Below, piece by piece: positions 37,023-39,815 of a stretch of DNA of 39,815 nt; the first letter of the stretch is position 1; every line of letters begins with the position of its first letter. The notes below the pieces were generated by a model. It was not told where the DNA came from. It did no database searches and was given only the letters and a program-made list of their open reading frames with translations. The DNA comes from Candidatus Saliniplasma sp. (GTDB taxonomy: Archaea; Thermoplasmatota; Thermoplasmata; Halarchaeoplasmatales; Halarchaeoplasmataceae): contig JBMCUO010000003.1 of NCBI GenBank assembly GCA_048622455.1, positions 1-39,815 of the forward strand. The letters run 5' to 3'. The translations under genes and the position numbers were made by a program.

Positions 37023-38493
37023 TACCGTTCTAGAATTGTTTTCTTATGAGATAATACAGTCCTACAGGGCTACTAAAGAAAAAGTATTCGAACATCCTTT
37101 TATGTCTATATGGTTCGTATTGTTATTATTCACCGGGTTCGGGTTGGTTCTCTTCTTGATAGAATATGCCTCTACACTTGATGAACTCTTTATAGAACCG
37201 ACTAGAGGCGATGTTTTGTTCTCTATATTCTTCTTTATATTCGCTAAAACTTCAGCGGAAACTGTTGATGACACTTTTCGGAATAAAAGGCTGAAGTATT
37301 TACTCACATCCCCTATGAGTACCAGGAAAATAGTTATTTCAAGGCTTTTGAAGGAAGTTTGGTACAACCTTTTACTGGTGTCTGTTTCACTCTCTATAGT
37401 AACATCGTTAGTTTACATATTCGGTATTCAATTACCGTTAGATGTTTACTTCATTCCACATCTCTACATTATTGTTCTGCTCGCTCCTATCTCTGGTTTT
37501 TTTATGGCGATGTTATCTCAATTGAGAGATTTGAAAAGAAAATTAACTGGTCTATTTCTTTACGGTCAAATCATCCCCCTTGTTTTTTATATTGTAAGAG
37601 GTGTAGAAGGGTCGTTAGATATTTTTTTATTCGTTTTTTTAATACTCATTAGCACTGTTTCATTGATCTTGATTACATCAGATCTATTTCTTGAATCATG
37701 GATACATGGAGTTACAACAGATACCGGTTCATCTTTTAGATTTCATGAGGCCGGGGATTTTTTACCAAAATTTATCAAAAAACCTATACGCAGGATCGCC
37801 GAGAAAGAGATTTTAGAGAGATGGAGAAGAAGGGAAAGTCTAGGTACTTTGGGTGTGATAGGTTTTATAGGTCTAGGTCTCTTTTTCATGTACTTTAGAT
37901 TTGGCACCACACCAGATCTCGGACTAGATGTAGATGACTATCTTTATCCTTTACTAATCGGTATGGGATTATACCTGGGAGTTGTTATACAGATCGTTTT
38001 ACCATCTTTGACACTTTTCAGTAGGGAGGGAAGGAAAATGTGGGCGATAAAAGTACTTCCTTTGGATTCAGAAGAAGTTATTTGGGGTAAAGTGTTAGCT
38101 ATGTTGTTTTTATCATGGACTATCATCCTGATGATCGCTTTACCTCTTCCGATTGTTCTTGGTTATGATATAGAATTGATATTATTTTCAATCATCTCAG
38201 CTATGGTTATGATATTATCGTTTACAGGCGTCAGCGTATGGGCATCTGTAAAATTTCCAAATTATGATGAAAGCAGCGACGGAGCGCCTGACATCATCAC
38301 GATGTACTCTATATTGATGCTGTGTTTGATAATATCGATATTACTATTAAGCATACCTGCAATCGCATTCCAAATAGATCGATTCATAGGGATTCTTTCA
38401 CTTATATTCGCAGCAGATATGTCATTATTATTATTGCTCATACTTGTAAAAAGAGCAGCTATCCATTACGAAACAATTCAGATAGACATGTGA
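37015..38493 (+). CDS. Putative ABC-2 type exporter permease
   Basis: Overlaps the ATPase gene. About 12 hydrophobic segments, with LLTSPMS..IVISRL and FSREG..W..K.LP...IWGK motifs. Confidence 0.8.
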   Translation: MDNTVLELFSYEIIQSYRATKEKVFEHPFMSIWFVLLLFTGFGLVLFLIEYASTLDELFIEPTRGDVLFSIFFFIFAKTSAETVDDTFRNKRLKYLLTSPMSTRKIVISRLLKEVWYNLLLVSVSLSIVTSLVYIFGIQLPLDVYFIPHLYIIVLLAPISGFFMAMLSQLRDLKRKLTGLFLYGQIIPLVFYIVRGVEGSLDIFLFVFLILISTVSLILITSDLFLESWIHGVTTDTGSSFRFHEAGDFLPKFIKKPIRRIAEKEILERWRRRESLGTLGVIGFIGLGLFFMYFRFGTTPDLGLDVDDYLYPLLIGMGLYLGVVIQIVLPSLTLFSREGRKMWAIKVLPLDSEEVIWGKVLAMLFLSWTIILMIALPLPIVLGYDIELILFSIISAMVMILSFTGVSVWASVKFPNYDESSDGAPDIITMYSILMLCLIISILLLSIPAIAFQIDRFIGILSLIFAADMSLLLLLILVKRAAIHYETIQIDM

Positions 38494-38513
38494 TATTTCT
38501 CAGTATGTATTAA

Positions 38514-38530
38514 GTGTAGGATTTAAATAT
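38514..38530 (+). promoter_or_regulatory. Putative TATA promoter of ubiX (leaderless)
   Basis: TTTAAATA at 38522-38529, 22 nt before ATG 38552, no SD. Confidence 0.4.
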
Positions 38531-38551
38531 CACACTGCTTATTGTTTTATT

Positions 38552-39106
38552 ATGAAATTATTGTTAGCTATAACCGGTGCTTCTGGTGTGGTATATGGAA
38601 AGAAGCTACTAGACGTACTTAGTCAGAGGGACGATGTAGATTTCGAACTCGTTATATCAGAGTCTGGGAAGGAATTGATAAATCAGGAACTTCAAATAGG
38701 TGCTGAGGAGTTAAAAAACATAGCTGATGTAAGTTATGAATCTTCGGATATGTCAGGTCCCCCTGCATCAGGTAGTTCATTGTACGATGCTGTATTGATC
38801 GTTCCGTGCTCTATGTCAACTTTATCGAAGATCTCCACGGGTATAGCCGATAATTTGATTACTAGAAGTGCTTCGGTAGCTTTGAAAGAGAATAGGAAGC
38901 TAATATTAGTTCCCAGGGAAACACCTCTCTCTACAACATCTTTGAGAAGTATGTACAATCTTTCCGTCGATGGAGCAGTCATACTACCAGCTGCCCCTGG
39001 ATTTTATGGAAAAAGTGACACCATAGAAGATCTAGTGAACTTCATCGTAGGAAAGGTATTAGACAACCTAGGATTGGATAATGATGTCTATGAACGATGG
39101 GAGTAA
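38552..39106 (+). CDS. ubiX: Flavin prenyltransferase UbiX
   Basis: AITGASG, ASGS, PCSMSTL, DNLITR, LKENRKLILVPRETPL and PAAPGFY motifs. Confidence 0.93.
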   Translation: MKLLLAITGASGVVYGKKLLDVLSQRDDVDFELVISESGKELINQELQIGAEELKNIADVSYESSDMSGPPASGSSLYDAVLIVPCSMSTLSKISTGIADNLITRSASVALKENRKLILVPRETPLSTTSLRSMYNLSVDGAVILPAAPGFYGKSDTIEDLVNFIVGKVLDNLGLDNDVYERWE

Positions 39107-39112
39107 TGGTCA

Positions 39113-39815
39113 TTACGAGTTTTTGCTTTTTTTATCATTATCTCTTAGGTCTTCATTATTGTCAAAACTTTTCTTTAAAGTGGTAATTTGATTGGTTGTG
39201 AAGGCTTCGGGATTAACGTGGACTAGAAGTGTTATAGCGTTCATGGAGGTTATGTCCGTTACTTTTTTTATGAATTTAGTGACATCCTCAAAATCATTTT
39301 CAACCACCAAGTATTCAAGACCCTCTATCAAAAGGATTCCTCTGTCCTGTTTTTCAGCGAAATTTGATATCGTTCTGGTTATTTCGAAGTCCATCCTTTT
39401 TGGATCCAGGACATCATAATCCTCAGAAGCGGATTCTGAAACCCATTTTATATCTTGACCGATCAGTCCATATTTTTCTTCGACTTTTGAGGGTAGATTA
39501 GTCGTAACGATCAAACCTTTAAGACCGTCTTTGATGAAATCATTATAGATCGAAAAAGCGTTGTCACCTTCTTCATCCAATAAGATATAATTATACCCCT
39601 CTTTCAATTGTTTTTGTCTCTTCCCACATATCGGACATTTTACAGCTAACAGATTCTTTGATTTCGAGACCGTAAACTTTTCTCCACATCTATCACATTC
39701 TACTTTCTTTACATTCCTTATAGGTTTCTTTTTTACTCGTTTAGTAGTAGCCTTTTTTTTTGGGGCTGGATATTTGATTTCATCGGGAATATCCGATTTC
39801 TTTTTACTATACACC
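39113..39815 (-). CDS. DUF835-domain protein with zinc ribbon (5' end outside the window)
   Basis: The frame is open to the window edge. CDRC..CPIC ribbon, then GLIVT..P, W.S, ILLIEGLEYLVVENDFEDV..F (DUF835, degenerate KaiC/RecA-like). Confidence 0.8.
   Translation of the reverse strand, partial: VYSKKKSDIPDEIKYPAPKKKATTKRVKKKPIRNVKKVECDRCGEKFTVSKSKNLLAVKCPICGKRQKQLKEGYNYILLDEEGDNAFSIYNDFIKDGLKGLIVTTNLPSKVEEKYGLIGQDIKWVSESASEDYDVLDPKRMDFEITRTISNFAEKQDRGILLIEGLEYLVVENDFEDVTKFIKKVTDITSMNAITLLVHVNPEAFTTNQITTLKKSFDNNEDLRDNDKKSKNS

Noticed and set aside
38552-39106. ubiX as an archaeal dihydromethanopterin reductase (DmrX/AfpA) partnering folP
   Set aside because: It has the UbiX-specific RETP and PGFY motifs and no ferredoxin Cys clusters.

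Overview
AT-rich archaeal DNA, most consistent with a halo/alkali-tolerant Thermoplasmata-type genome. The clues are acidic proteins, BRE/TATA promoters, a PEF-CTERM tail and many CxxC zinc-ribbon proteins; the taxonomy is inferred. Most of the window is housekeeping: DUF59, DUF89, nep1-like, purP, Prd-type folP, GDPD, yhaM, pyrC, AMMECR1, tiaS, tsr3, trm112, aIF-1A, PINA, a HAD hydrolase, a NIF3-like protein, an ABC exporter and ubiX. It also holds two giant modular surface proteins and an A1AO ATP synthase operon (H-I-K-E-C-F-A-B, no D). The standout is the 642-aa rotor subunit K/c. It has a signal peptide, a sequon-rich extracellular PKD/Ig-like domain and SIX fused proteolipid hairpins whose residues form five complete Na+-type sites. 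Subunit I has an extra two-helix insertion and probably an ATA start, and subunit C carries an N-terminal membrane helix. Also notable are a 1478-aa Ig/cadherin-like single-pass protein with a cytoplasmic longin-like tail, and an 1803-aa doubly anchored protein with an integrin-alpha-like seven-bladed FG-GAP propeller, two inserted domains, a cytoplasmic zinc ribbon and GxTNG repeats. No tRNA, rRNA, CRISPR array or mobile element was recognised. All family calls come from motif recognition by eye, without database searches.
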